Shown: positions 9,564 to 19,203 of the stretch, piece by piece
Layout: each line of letters starts with the position of its first letter
Numbering within the stretch: position 1 is the stretch's first letter
Assembly: GCA_905480405.1 (NCBI GenBank)
Contig: CAJQQH010000001.1
Location: 2,088-66,087, forward strand
Source: an uncultured Polaribacter sp.
GTDB lineage: Bacteria > Bacteroidota > Bacteroidia > Flavobacteriales > Flavobacteriaceae
Direction: 5' to 3'
Length of the DNA stretch: 64,000 nucleotides
Position numbers and translations under genes: made by a program
The notes under the pieces: model-generated
Databases searched by the model: none
Told to the model about the DNA's origin: nothing
What the model saw: the letters and a program-made list of their open reading frames with translations, nothing else

Positions 9564-10865
9564 TTATTTTAAATCAACTTTGTTTTTAGTTGATAAACTA
9601 AAAGCGTCGTTAACACTTATTTTATTAAAATAATCTGCTACAGATAAATATGTAACATCTTTTTTAAATAGATTTATTTTATGTACTTCTTTTAGGGCAT
9701 AATAGCCTGCTCTTGGGTACAAGGTATAAGTTCCGTTTGAGTTGGTCTCTCCTTTTGCGCAGATACCAAACCACTCTTCACTCATATTGTTTTTTCCTTT
9801 TTCAAAATCTAACTTATAGCCTCCATTTGCCCAAGAAGAACCATTATCATGAAAATTTAAGTTTTTTGTTTGTCCTAGTTTCCACCATCCATCACTAAAT
9901 TGAAATGTAAACCCACCAATAGAATTATTAGCTTTACCAAGTCCAGCCACATTTTGATAAATTTCTTTCCAATTTTCAATAAGATAATAAGCTTGCATTT
10001 TCTGGTCTTCTAAATTAGTTTGTGAGTTAAATGCATCTGCACCAAATTCTGTAAATAAAATTGGCATGTTTAATTGCTCTTTCACTTTATTAAAAACTTC
10101 TCCAAAAGAAGCTCCTCTGTACATATTTGTTCCAAAAATGTCTATATCTTTACATTCATCAGCAATCATATCTAGAAACAATAAATCTCCATTACAAATA
10201 GCTATCGGATGGTTTGTATCTATAACCTTCATTTGTTTAGCCGCTTCATTAAACAACTTATACATTGGCCTACCTCTTTCTTCTCCTAACTTTCTTTTTT
10301 GCTTTTCATCATCAGGAAAGTCTTCAGTTTCTGCACCAGACCAAAAAAGTCCATAATTATTCTCGTTTCCTAAAAGAAATAAAAGTAATCCTGGAGTATT
10401 TTTATATGTCTTAGCCATTTCTGTTACTTCCAATAATAAAGTCTTTTGAGCTTCTAAGTTTCGGTAATCGGTAATTGGTGTCCAAACACTATTTAGTGTT
10501 ACTCCATATCTACCAAAAGGATGGTTTAGCATTGTATAAATGCCATAATTTTTAAAGATATATGTAATCCATTTTGGTTGTATTCCTGCATAAACACGAA
10601 TTGTGTTTACCCCCATATTTTTAAGTAAAGTCATTTCATCATCTAATGCAAGTTTTATAAACTCATCAGATTGCTGCCATAAACTGTATTCAAAATTTGT
10701 TCCAATCGGAAAATAATCCCAATTCATTCCATTAATAATAAAATCTTCTCCATTTACAATTAACTTTATTCCTTGTGCGTTATTTAATACAGTTACTTTA
10801 TGCTCTTGCTTACAAGAACCTAAAATAAATATAGTAAGTATTAACCCTAAAATAATGTTCTTCAT
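9564..10865 (-). CDS. Clan GH-A (beta/alpha)8 glycoside hydrolase lipoprotein, GH158/GH5/GH2-TIM-like; candidate endo-beta-1,3-glucanase
   Basis: Lipobox ILGSC. GVNTIRVY, LLGNENNYG (acid/base NE) and ILFTEFGADAF (nucleophile Glu) spaced as in 4/7 retaining TIM barrels. C-terminal ~90 aa beta-rich tail. Confidence 0.5.
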   Translation of the reverse strand: MKNIILGLILTIFILGSCKQEHKVTVLNNAQGIKLIVNGEDFIINGMNWDYFPIGTNFEYSLWQQSDEFIKLALDDEMTLLKNMGVNTIRVYAGIQPKWITYIFKNYGIYTMLNHPFGRYGVTLNSVWTPITDYRNLEAQKTLLLEVTEMAKTYKNTPGLLLFLLGNENNYGLFWSGAETEDFPDDEKQKRKLGEERGRPMYKLFNEAAKQMKVIDTNHPIAICNGDLLFLDMIADECKDIDIFGTNMYRGASFGEVFNKVKEQLNMPILFTEFGADAFNSQTNLEDQKMQAYYLIENWKEIYQNVAGLGKANNSIGGFTFQFSDGWWKLGQTKNLNFHDNGSSWANGGYKLDFEKGKNNMSEEWFGICAKGETNSNGTYTLYPRAGYYALKEVHKINLFKKDVTYLSVADYFNKISVNDAFSLSTKNKVDLK

Positions 10866-10904
10866 TATTAGATAAATTTATAATTATAAAACTCAGTAAA
10901 GATT

Positions 10905-10947
10905 ATTAAAAATAAGGTCAGGAAAGTTTAATAAACCTGACCTTATT
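10905..10947 (-). terminator. Candidate intrinsic terminator between GH16 and the downstream GH block
   Basis: Perfect 12-bp stem AATAAGGTCAGG (10911-10922) / CCTGACCTTATT (10936-10947) with a 13-nt loop. It lies 25 nt after the GH16 stop. On the minus strand it is followed by TTTAAT, so the U-tract is short and partly inside the stem. Confidence 0.45.
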
Positions 10948-10971
10948 ATTTAATTCAAATAAAGTTACTAT

Positions 10972-12645
10972 CTATTGAAACACTTTTACGTAATCAATTT
11001 CCATTGTATCTTCCGTAAATGCTGGATCAATAGTTCCTCCTAAAGAACCACCCATTGCAACATTTAAGATTAAGAAAAAGTCTGCATTAAAAGGTAAGTT
11101 TGCATTATTTGTAAGTTCATAAAACTTAACATCATCCAAGTAAACCTTTATAGCTGTATCTGTCCATTCTAAAGTATAGATATGAAATTCTGATGAAGCA
11201 TTAGAAATTGCCGTAGTTTCACCATAATCTGCTTTAGAAGCACTTGCAGTATCAAACCAATGACAAGTTGCTAAAGTTGTGTTTTTGTCTGCTCCTGTTT
11301 GCTCCATAATATCTATTTCACCAGATTGTGGCCATCCAACAGTTGAAAAATTAGAACCTAACATCCAAATTGCGGGCCAAGTACCTTGTGAAGCTGGTAA
11401 TTTTGCTTTTACCTCTACTCTACCATAAGTAAATGAGTACAATCCTTGAGATTTTAATCTTGACGAAGTATAATTACCACTTGCGTCTTTTTTTGCAGTA
11501 ATCTTTAAAGAACCACCTTCAACAATTGCATTTTCAGTTTTGTAATCTTGTAACTCTCCATTACCCCAGCCACCTGCACCAAGGTCATTAGTCCATTTTG
11601 TAGCATCAGGAGTACCATCTGTATTAAAATCATCTTCCCATACTAAATTATTATACGTATAGTTGGCACCTTGTGTAGGCTTTGTAGATGTAAATTTATG
11701 ATACCAAGCAAAACCATCTCCTTTTTGGATGATTCTAACAATTAATTCATCATTGGTAATTGATATTATATCATAAGTACTAGCACCTACTAACCATCCC
11801 ATAAAACCACCATCAGAAATTTTAAATGTAGTTCCACTATAAGGTGCATTGTTATAAGATCCTTTTGTTGCCGCTAATGATGTAGATGGGCTAAAAGAAA
11901 CATTCTTTACACCAAACATATCAGTAGCAACTGTTTCATCATGACATGTATCTCCTGTAACACCTAATTCACCTGAATAAGTACCAGGAATAAAAGCAGG
12001 ACCTACAGTTTGCTCAAAAGTAATTCCATCTGCAGTTCTAGTAAATACAAACTCATTATCATACATACAGCTTTTTTCAGTATCCCAAGCTTTAATACCG
12101 TTCCACCAAGCTTCGTATGCAAATTCTCCATTTCCATAATCATCTGTAACTGGTCCTAAACCAACATGAACATCTTTATCTGCTTGCCAATACCACTTTT
12201 TACTATCACCAACATTAGCACCACTTAAAAAGTTTTCTGAATCTACATCAGAAAAAGCACTATAAACTTCAATATTAATTGAAGCTGTAGAAGAAGCACC
12301 ACCAGTTCCATTCGCTTTTACAACTACTGTATAAGTGTTTATACCAGATTTTGATAAAAATTTGTTATCATAAACGCCAGATGGTCCATTTTCTGTATCA
12401 ACTATACCATCAAAATAATAAACGTAAGAAGAGGCGTCTGATGCTGTAGCTGTAAAATTTACTTTTCCACTACCATCTCCATAAGCTAAAGCAGGATCAC
12501 TTGTATCTTGCCCAACTATTTCTGCTGTTATTACTATATTTGAAGGAGTTACAATATCTCCGAAACTACTATCATTTTCCTGACACCCATAAAAGGCAAT
12601 CAACATAGAAAATAATACTATATAAATATTTTTAAAATTTTTCAT
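10972..12645 (-). CDS. GH16 laminarinase (endo-beta-1,3-glucanase) lipoprotein with N-terminal Ig/PKD-like and unknown beta-rich modules
   Basis: Lipobox AFYGC. C-terminal ~230 aa carry WPAIWMLG and the catalytic GEIDIMEQ (ExDxxE). Confidence 0.85.
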   Translation of the reverse strand: MKNFKNIYIVLFSMLIAFYGCQENDSSFGDIVTPSNIVITAEIVGQDTSDPALAYGDGSGKVNFTATASDASSYVYYFDGIVDTENGPSGVYDNKFLSKSGINTYTVVVKANGTGGASSTASINIEVYSAFSDVDSENFLSGANVGDSKKWYWQADKDVHVGLGPVTDDYGNGEFAYEAWWNGIKAWDTEKSCMYDNEFVFTRTADGITFEQTVGPAFIPGTYSGELGVTGDTCHDETVATDMFGVKNVSFSPSTSLAATKGSYNNAPYSGTTFKISDGGFMGWLVGASTYDIISITNDELIVRIIQKGDGFAWYHKFTSTKPTQGANYTYNNLVWEDDFNTDGTPDATKWTNDLGAGGWGNGELQDYKTENAIVEGGSLKITAKKDASGNYTSSRLKSQGLYSFTYGRVEVKAKLPASQGTWPAIWMLGSNFSTVGWPQSGEIDIMEQTGADKNTTLATCHWFDTASASKADYGETTAISNASSEFHIYTLEWTDTAIKVYLDDVKFYELTNNANLPFNADFFLILNVAMGGSLGGTIDPAFTEDTMEIDYVKVFQ

Positions 12646-12663
12646 ATTATAAAACTTTATTTA

Positions 12664-14700
12664 TTAATTAGTTAATGCTAATTCATCAAAATAATAGATA
12701 GAATCATCACCCGAAACATCCCAATCAAAGAAAATTACAATTCTATCGTATGTAATAGCTGGTGATGCACTAGATATATCAAAAGTTAACTCCTCCCAAG
12801 CATTTGCTGTTGTAGTAACTGCGTCTACTTCTACAAATTGAGTATTATCTGCCGAATTTTCTATTTTAAATCTAACAGTAATTCCAGACTTTGGAGAATA
12901 GGTTTTAACTACAACTTTACCATAGTTTGCTACATCTAAAGAAGATGGCATATCAAAAAATGCACCTGCCCAAGTTTCTGAACCGTTACTTTTAACAAAC
13001 TTAGCTACCATACTCGTTGCATTAGCACCAGATGTATCTAAATTTGCAACAATTTCTATTGGAGCCATATTTCCAAAATCTGTAAATGATGGAGCTGTTC
13101 CTTCAAAATCTTGAAATAATACTGGAGTTGCACCACCTGCGTCGTTTACTAAGGTTATCTCATCATAATAATACACAGAGTCATCTCCTGAAACATCCCA
13201 ATCAAAGAAAATTACAATTCTATCATAAGTTATTCCTGGTGATGCACTAGACATATCAAAAGTTAACTCTTCCCATTCATTAGTTTTAGATGTTGTTGCA
13301 TCAATTTCTACAAACTGCGTATTATCTGCCGAATTTTCTACTTTAAACCTAACAGTAATTCCAGCTTTTGGAGACCATGTTTTAACAGTTATTTTATTAT
13401 TGTTAGCAAAATCTAACGAAGTAGGAATATCAAAAAACGCACCTGCCCAAGTTTCTGAACCATTTGATTTAACAAATTTAGCTACCATGCTTGTACCATT
13501 TAATCCTGATGCATCTGGGTTTGCTACCACTTCTATTGGTGCCATGTTTCCAAAATCTGTAAATGATGGAGCTGTTCCTTCAAAATCTTCTACAATTGAA
13601 GATACACTTCCTGTAGGTGCTTTATAAAAATAAAGGTTATCGATAAAAACTGAACCCGAACCTACAAATTTAAATTGATGTAAGTCGTTTACTGATAAAC
13701 CTTGATCTGTAAAATCTGATACCGGAATGTCTATACTAGTCCAAGCGTCTTTTGTTAAAGCTGATTTTACTAGTTTTTCTCCACTTGCTATACTTATTAA
13801 AAAAGTTTCAAGCTCGGTAGCATCTGCAGTCCAAACATCTAAGTGTAAAAACTCCATACTAGAAACATCTTGAGTAGATCCTATTTGAATACCTTGATAA
13901 TTTAAGTTACTATATTGAATGATTGCATCTCCACTTAAATCAAATGGTGTATAAATAGTAGATTGCCCCCAATTTGGATTAAAGTCAGTACCTGCAACAT
14001 CTGTATATGTGTCAGAAAAAATAGAGATTACATCCGTTTCATTTCTAGATGGAGCAGCTGCTGCCGAAGCAATAGGTGCCAAAATTTCTGTAACTTCAAA
14101 TTCTGCTGAATATTCAGTTGTCTCAATAGCTCCACCTTTTGAAATTACTTTAAAAGTATAAGTTCCTGGGTTTGCATATGTATAAGAAATAGACTCGCCA
14201 TTATTACCAGACATAACTGGTTGAGTAACGCCATCTTCTCCTGAATGAAATTCAAAAGAAACCGCGAAATCTGCTTCTGCAAAAACATTAACTTGCTTTG
14301 AGATTGCAGCATCATTATCTATTGTTACAACTAAATTCTCAGGTGCTTTAAAAGAAACTACTAAATCTTGTGTTGCTTCTGCCGTATCCCCATTTGTATT
14401 AAAAGCTACTACTTTTATTTGATAAGTACCTTCTGCATATATATGCTGAACATTCGTACCAGATTCTACATTTTCTGGAGTTGTTGTACTATCTCCAAAA
14501 TATACATCAAATGTAGTTGCACCGTCTGCAGTAGGTGTTATAGTTACCAAACCTGTATTGTCTTGCGTTATATTATAAACTGCAGAAACATTAGAAGGTA
14601 CTGATACCGTGTCTAGAAAATCTAAACTTCTCTCGTCTGTACAAGCAATTACTACTAAAAGTACAAGTAATGCTTTATAAATTGTTTTTATTTTTTTCAT
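12664..14700 (-). CDS. Surface glycan-binding lipoprotein (SGBP-type): 2 PKD-like domains plus 3 CBM-like modules
   Basis: Position right after susD. Start moved to MKKIKTIYK (ATG 14700), which gives the lipobox VVIAC and removes the overlap with susD. PKD-like TY.IKVVAFNTNGD / GTYTFKVISKGG. Two duplicated 150-aa C-terminal modules. Confidence 0.7.
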   Translation of the reverse strand: MKKIKTIYKALLVLLVVIACTDERSLDFLDTVSVPSNVSAVYNITQDNTGLVTITPTADGATTFDVYFGDSTTTPENVESGTNVQHIYAEGTYQIKVVAFNTNGDTAEATQDLVVSFKAPENLVVTIDNDAAISKQVNVFAEADFAVSFEFHSGEDGVTQPVMSGNNGESISYTYANPGTYTFKVISKGGAIETTEYSAEFEVTEILAPIASAAAAPSRNETDVISIFSDTYTDVAGTDFNPNWGQSTIYTPFDLSGDAIIQYSNLNYQGIQIGSTQDVSSMEFLHLDVWTADATELETFLISIASGEKLVKSALTKDAWTSIDIPVSDFTDQGLSVNDLHQFKFVGSGSVFIDNLYFYKAPTGSVSSIVEDFEGTAPSFTDFGNMAPIEVVANPDASGLNGTSMVAKFVKSNGSETWAGAFFDIPTSLDFANNNKITVKTWSPKAGITVRFKVENSADNTQFVEIDATTSKTNEWEELTFDMSSASPGITYDRIVIFFDWDVSGDDSVYYYDEITLVNDAGGATPVLFQDFEGTAPSFTDFGNMAPIEIVANLDTSGANATSMVAKFVKSNGSETWAGAFFDMPSSLDVANYGKVVVKTYSPKSGITVRFKIENSADNTQFVEVDAVTTTANAWEELTFDISSASPAITYDRIVIFFDWDVSGDDSIYYFDELALTN
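12667..13593. repeat. Tandem in-gene duplication of a 450-nt module (477-nt period)
   Basis: Copies at 12667-13116 and 13144-13593 share long identical runs, e.g. catcccaatcaaagaaaattacaattctatc and tattatctgccgaattttcta. Protein copies match as FEGTAPSFTDFGNMAPIE...SNGSETWAGAFFD...YDRIVIFFDWDVSGDDS. Confidence 0.9.
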
Positions 14701-14711
14701 ATTTCTATGTA

Positions 14712-16193
14712 TTAATAATTTGAATTTTGTGACCAATTACCCTGAGAAAATTGTATTTCTTCTAATGGAACTGGGAATACTTCATTTTTACCAGAAGTAA
14801 AACCTGTAATTTGAGCACCTCTATCTGTTCTTACTAAATCGAAAAATTGATGACCTTCTCCAACTAATTCAACTCTACGTTCATGATAAATTGCACTTGT
14901 TAAATTAGAACCAGATGAAGTAACATCATTAGCAACTCCAAAAGCTCTTGCTCTAACTCTATTTAAATATACCTTTGCTAATCCATCATCTGGATTAGAA
15001 CGTCTATTAAAAGCCTCTGCTGCCATTAATAATACATCTGCAAAACGAATTGCTCTATAATTATTTGGGTTTGTAAGATTTAAATCTCCTGCTGCTTCTG
15101 TACTTCTTTTTCTTGGTATATATTTTCTATTGAAAAAACCAGTATGCTCATAACCCGTTGTAAAAGAAGCTCCTGTTGATGCAGACCAAGCGTCTATGTC
15201 TAAAATTGCTACGTCTTTACGGTTATCACCAGCTTCAAACTCATCTACTACTTCTTGAGTTGGTACATTAAAACTAAAGCCAGATGTAAATAAATCTCCA
15301 TCATAACCTCTAACTCCCTGAAAACCTACAGCTACATTACCTTCACTACATTGTAAACAACCAAATCCTGCACCCTGAATATCAGTATACTGAACTTCAA
15401 ATACAGATTCTACACCGTTTTCACCTGCATCTTCAAATATTGAGTTATAATCTGTTACTAAGTCATAAGGTCCAAAATCGATTACATTTTTAAGTACAGT
15501 TGATGCTTCTTGAAATTTATTTTGAAATAAATAAACTTTCCCTAATAAAGCTTCTGCAGAACCTTTTGTTGCCCTACCTACTTGTGGCGCCACATATGTA
15601 AGGTTTGCAACTGCATATTTTAAATCTTCTTCTATTAATGCATATACTTCTGCTTTAGGAGATCTTGGTATTGATTTTTCATCACCAAAAACAAAACGGC
15701 CTTCTGGTTTAATAGGAATATCTCCAAACCATTTTACCAATTCAAAATTATAATAAGCTCTTAGAAAACGTGCTTCTGCAATTATAACTTCTTTACCTAC
15801 AAAATCCGTTTTATCTTGAAATTCGATAATATAAGCTGCTCTATTTACACCACCAAACATCCAACTCCATAGATTTTGAAGTTGAGAGTTTACAGGAGAA
15901 TGCGTCATATCATCTACTTGTTGATACCCTGGTACATCAGTTGCACTTTCTCCACCACATAATGTGTTGTTAGATGCAATTTCTCCTAATAAAACATTTA
16001 TAAATGTCGATTGTAAAGGATCGTACGCTGCAACTAGTGCATTGTAATAATCTGTTTCTGAATTAAAAAACGATTCAGTATCTATAGCATAGATTTTAGA
16101 ATTGTCTAAATATTCATCTGCACAAGAGTTTAATAAAAACATGCTTGCTACAAAGATGAATCCTAATTTTATTTTTTGACTATATCTTTTCAT
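14712..16193 (-). CDS. susD: SusD/RagB-family glycan-binding outer-membrane lipoprotein
   Basis: Lipobox LLNSC. 493 aa, alpha-helical/TPR-like. Immediately downstream of SusC. Typical C-terminal FPVPLEEI...N motif. Confidence 0.9.
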   Translation of the reverse strand: MKRYSQKIKLGFIFVASMFLLNSCADEYLDNSKIYAIDTESFFNSETDYYNALVAAYDPLQSTFINVLLGEIASNNTLCGGESATDVPGYQQVDDMTHSPVNSQLQNLWSWMFGGVNRAAYIIEFQDKTDFVGKEVIIAEARFLRAYYNFELVKWFGDIPIKPEGRFVFGDEKSIPRSPKAEVYALIEEDLKYAVANLTYVAPQVGRATKGSAEALLGKVYLFQNKFQEASTVLKNVIDFGPYDLVTDYNSIFEDAGENGVESVFEVQYTDIQGAGFGCLQCSEGNVAVGFQGVRGYDGDLFTSGFSFNVPTQEVVDEFEAGDNRKDVAILDIDAWSASTGASFTTGYEHTGFFNRKYIPRKRSTEAAGDLNLTNPNNYRAIRFADVLLMAAEAFNRRSNPDDGLAKVYLNRVRARAFGVANDVTSSGSNLTSAIYHERRVELVGEGHQFFDLVRTDRGAQITGFTSGKNEVFPVPLEEIQFSQGNWSQNSNY

Positions 16194-16203
16194 CTTTTAT
16201 TTT

Positions 16204-19203
16204 TTAAAATTCAACATTTAAACCTAAAATAAATTGTCTTGCAGATGGATAATTACCAGAATCTATACCTGCTCCGATTGCACCACCGTTAATTGTAGGG
16301 TCATAACCAGAATACTCTGTTAAAGTAAATACATTATTTACTGTTGTGTATAACCTTAATTTAGATAAACCTACTTTTTCCAAAACATCTGAAGAAAAAT
16401 TATAACCTACTTGTACATTTTGCATCCTTAAGAAAGAACCGTCTTCTACAAAAAAGTCTGAGAACAATTTATTATTTGTTGCGTCATTTGTTAACCTTGG
16501 CACAGAGTTACTTGTTCCTGCTCCTGTCCATCTATCTAAATAATAAGCTGGTTTATTAACATTAGGTAAAAAACGTTCGTAGTTTCTTACAATCTCTTTT
16601 CCTAACTCTGAATATAAATAAGTACTAAAGTCCCAATTTTTATATTTTGCTGAAATATTGAATCCCATATAGAAGTCTGCTTGAGGTTTTCCAATGTTAG
16701 TTCTATCATCAAAATCTACAACACCATCTCCGTTTACATCTTTATATCTAATATCTCCCGGAGAAGTACTTGCACCAAGACCCGTTTGAGAAGGATGTGC
16801 GTCTACTTCTGCTTGAGTTTGGAAAATACCATCTGTTTGTAATCCATAAAAATAACCAATTGGTTGTCCTACTTCCATTCTAGACGGAGGTAAATTACCA
16901 ATTGCAAAACCACCACCTCTAACAATTGCATCATCTAATACCTCTGTTACATTATTTTTTACATAAGTAACATTGTAAGATAAATTTAACGAAGCATTAT
17001 CAGATTCATAAGCAGTATAACCAATTGCTAATTCTGCACCCGTATTTTTGGATGTACCAGCATTTACTGTAGGACTTGAACTTCCTGGAGAAGCAATACC
17101 TAATAAACCTGAAACTGGAAAATCTTGAATTAATAAATCTTTTCTAGTTTCTTCAAAATAATCTGCAACAACAGTTATTTTATCATCAAGGAAATTAATA
17201 TCTAAACCAATATCTAATTTTTCAGCTGTTTCCCATGTCGCAATTGCATTTGAAAGTCTTCCTTGAGCTTCACCAGAAACTAAAGCACCATCAAAAACAT
17301 ATTCCGCTTCACCATTTAATAATGATCTATATAAATTATCTCCAACAAGATTACCCAAAGTACCATAACTTGCTCTTAATTTTAAAAAACTAATAGTCTC
17401 ATTATCTTTTAAGAAATCTTCTTCTGATGCTTTCCAACCTGTAGTAACAGACCAAAAATTATCTATTCTTTGATCTGCAGCAAAAACCGATGCTCCATCT
17501 CTTCTTAACAATCCAGAAAATAAATATTTTCCTTTATAATCATACTGCGCTCTTCCAAAATAAGAAGTAAGTCTTACATCTCCATTACCAGTATTTAAAC
17601 TTCTTTGTAAACTTTGAGAATTTGTTAAACTAATATCTGCAAACTCATAAGAGTTGTTTGGCACATCAAAACCTGTTGTATAAATTCCATCAAATAAATC
17701 ATTTTGCACACTAGTTCCTAAAGTAAAAGCTGTATTATGATCTTCTCCAAAAGTTTTCTCATATGTTGCAAACGTTTCCCAATTTACCCTTGTAGAAGTT
17801 GCTTTAAACTGATAAACAGAACTTTGTGTTTGATTATACACTTTAGAATTACCATAACTTTGAATAGGAGTAAAACTTCTTTGCTTTTCATTATATATTT
17901 TATATCCTAAACGAGATGTAACTGTTAAACCATCTATAGGTTTATAGCTTAGCTTAAAATTTCCTTCTAATCCGTTTCCATTATTCTCACCAAAAGTGTT
18001 TTTTAATAAAGATAAAGGATTTACAACCTCAATTCCTAAAAAGTTAGTTGCGTCTTCTTCATCAACTCCAAACGTGGGTGCATAATTCAATCCATTAAAC
18101 AACAACGATCCTGTAAAGCTTTGTGATGCACTTGTATAGTAATTTGCAATTACAGAAAAATTTAATTTATCACTAATATCAACTCCTAAGTTCATTTTGA
18201 TATTATTTCTAATAAAGTTAGATTTTTCTTTTGCAATAATACCATCTTGTTCAGTACGTGAAGCACTAATAAAGTATCTCACATTCTCTCCACCACCAGA
18301 TAAACTAATATTATGATTTATTAAAAAAGCATCATTAAATAATTCATCTTGCCAATCTGTACCTCTACCTAAAGAGTTTACATTAGTAAAAGGTAATGAT
18401 TGACCACTTGCAGAATAAGCCTCATTTAAAACTAAAGCATACTCTGTAGCATTAAGATAATCTAACTTACGCGTTGTTTGCTGTATTGCAGCATATGTAT
18501 CATACTTAACTGTTGGTGCTTTGTTCTTTTTACCAATTTTTGTAGTAACTAAAACAACACCGTTTGCACCTTTGATACCATAAATAGCAGCTTGTGCATC
18601 TTTTAAAACAGTAATCGACTCAATATCATTAGGGTTGATACTATTTAAATCTCCTTCATAACCATCTACAATAGTTAAAGGTTGATTATTAGTATTAGAA
18701 CTAACACCTCTAATTAAAATATTCGCTTTTGCTCCTGGCGCTCCAGAAGATAAATTTACTGCGACTCCAGAAGTAGTACCTTGTAATGCAGTTGTTGCAT
18801 CTATAGGTTTTAAAGCTTCTAAAGTTTTTTCTCCTACTAAAGAGACAGATCCCGTAACATCCTTTCTCTTTTGTTTCCCATAACCTACAACTACAATTTC
18901 ATCTAAAGATTCTGCAGATTCTTCTAAAGAGACATTAATCTCAGCTGAATTTACAACAACTTCTTTAGGATTCATACCTAAATAATTAAATACTAAAACA
19001 GATCCTTTTTTTACGTTTGATAAGTTATAAACTCCGTCAAAATCAGTTTCACTACCTATTGTAGTCCCCTTAATAACAACACTAACTCCTGGTAAAGTAT
19101 CACCGGTAGTTGCGTCTTTTACAACTCCTTTTACATTTAACGTTTGCGCTGTTAAGCAAAAACTGATAAACATAAATAGTAGTAATGTAATCTTTTTTCT
19201 CAT
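16204..19203 (-). CDS. susC: SusC/RagA-family TonB-dependent transporter
   Basis: SpI signal (CLTAQT). N-terminal carboxypeptidase-regulatory-like domain (VKGVVKDATTGDTLPGVSVVIKGT), plug, 999 aa, terminal ...LGLNVEF. Confidence 0.92.
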   Translation of the reverse strand: MRKKITLLLFMFISFCLTAQTLNVKGVVKDATTGDTLPGVSVVIKGTTIGSETDFDGVYNLSNVKKGSVLVFNYLGMNPKEVVVNSAEINVSLEESAESLDEIVVVGYGKQKRKDVTGSVSLVGEKTLEALKPIDATTALQGTTSGVAVNLSSGAPGAKANILIRGVSSNTNNQPLTIVDGYEGDLNSINPNDIESITVLKDAQAAIYGIKGANGVVLVTTKIGKKNKAPTVKYDTYAAIQQTTRKLDYLNATEYALVLNEAYSASGQSLPFTNVNSLGRGTDWQDELFNDAFLINHNISLSGGGENVRYFISASRTEQDGIIAKEKSNFIRNNIKMNLGVDISDKLNFSVIANYYTSASQSFTGSLLFNGLNYAPTFGVDEEDATNFLGIEVVNPLSLLKNTFGENNGNGLEGNFKLSYKPIDGLTVTSRLGYKIYNEKQRSFTPIQSYGNSKVYNQTQSSVYQFKATSTRVNWETFATYEKTFGEDHNTAFTLGTSVQNDLFDGIYTTGFDVPNNSYEFADISLTNSQSLQRSLNTGNGDVRLTSYFGRAQYDYKGKYLFSGLLRRDGASVFAADQRIDNFWSVTTGWKASEEDFLKDNETISFLKLRASYGTLGNLVGDNLYRSLLNGEAEYVFDGALVSGEAQGRLSNAIATWETAEKLDIGLDINFLDDKITVVADYFEETRKDLLIQDFPVSGLLGIASPGSSSPTVNAGTSKNTGAELAIGYTAYESDNASLNLSYNVTYVKNNVTEVLDDAIVRGGGFAIGNLPPSRMEVGQPIGYFYGLQTDGIFQTQAEVDAHPSQTGLGASTSPGDIRYKDVNGDGVVDFDDRTNIGKPQADFYMGFNISAKYKNWDFSTYLYSELGKEIVRNYERFLPNVNKPAYYLDRWTGAGTSNSVPRLTNDATNNKLFSDFFVEDGSFLRMQNVQVGYNFSSDVLEKVGLSKLRLYTTVNNVFTLTEYSGYDPTINGGAIGAGIDSGNYPSARQFILGLNVEF

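Noticed and set aside
4086-14604. Short plus-strand ORFs in the track (4086-4295, 6434-6616, 8140-8349, 9713-9898, 10066-10356, 13400-13627, 14368-14604)
   Set aside because: All lie fully antisense within long, motif-supported minus-strand PUL genes and have low-complexity composition. They are typical shadow ORFs of an AT-rich genome.
14701-14736. N-terminal extensions given by the longest-ORF rule (SGBP MVTKFKLLIHRN-; likewise regulator 22224-22274, esterase 52229-52324 and LpxR-like 32322-32378)
   Set aside because: The internal Met codons give canonical signal peptides or lipoboxes and remove overlaps with upstream genes. The extensions have no signal-peptide character.
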